From: a virus
DNA: 46,299 nucleotides
UHGV virus genome: UHGV-0173986
Direction: 5' to 3' (one strand)
The notes under the pieces are model-generated. The model was not told where the DNA came from, made no database searches, and saw nothing but the letters and a program-made list of their open reading frames with translations. How positions within the stretch are numbered: the first letter of the stretch is position 1; each line of letters opens with the position of its first letter. A program made the position numbers and the translations under genes. Shown here one piece after another: positions 46,275-46,299 of this stretch.

Positions 46275-46299
46275 TTAAGAGTAATGCAGAGAACTACTG
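46275..46299 (+). CDS. Start of a further gene (partial, runs off the window) in AT-rich DNA
   Basis: AAGGATTAAGAG RBS then ATGCAGAGAACTACTG... Confidence 0.2.

Overview
The window opens with the last 162 nt of icd (isocitrate dehydrogenase) and its terminator, then runs through about 46 kb of a lambdoid, mosaic prophage integrated at icd (e14-type site). Gene order: tyrosine integrase and excisionase (minus strand); a small leftward module (exonuclease-like remnant, Rrf2-family regulator, small secreted protein); a DicA/DicC-type immunity switch with TTGACA-repeat operators; a CII/YmfL-like gene; an O-like initiator (HTH + DnaT-like) with intragenic iterons; a lambda-P-like helicase loader; a PerC-like regulator; an AT-rich accessory island; a DinI homologue behind a perfect LexA box; a LexA-DNA-binding-domain-only paralogue; a DUF968 protein; a Q-like antiterminator candidate with a downstream promoter/terminator unit; two copies of a structured RNA-like element; the phage-21-type lysis cassette (S21 pinholin, SAR endolysin, Rz/Rz1); a small moron; then HNH (frameshifted), TerS, TerL(gpA), gpW, portal, ClpP-protease/capsid fusion and lambda-like tail genes U, V, G/GT (-1 frameshift), H, M, L, K, I, a 2938-aa J and a side tail fiber with a C-terminal S74 chaperone domain. 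The accessory island holds an AraC remnant, a MazG-like gene, a HigB-like gene coupled to an HTH-ImmA/IrrE fusion, and an anti-oriented two-gene cassette of a thymidylate-synthase-fold enzyme plus an unknown 314-aa partner. The right prophage end is not reached, and the window closes on the first codons of another AT-rich gene. The most interesting candidates for something new are the TS-like/partner cassette, the HigB-like + HTH-ImmA pair, the LexA-DBD-only/DinI SOS module, the duplicated structured RNA-like element upstream of the holin, and a 13-20 nt motif that recurs in front of start codons. All calls rest on reading the sequence and recalled family signatures; no database search was possible.
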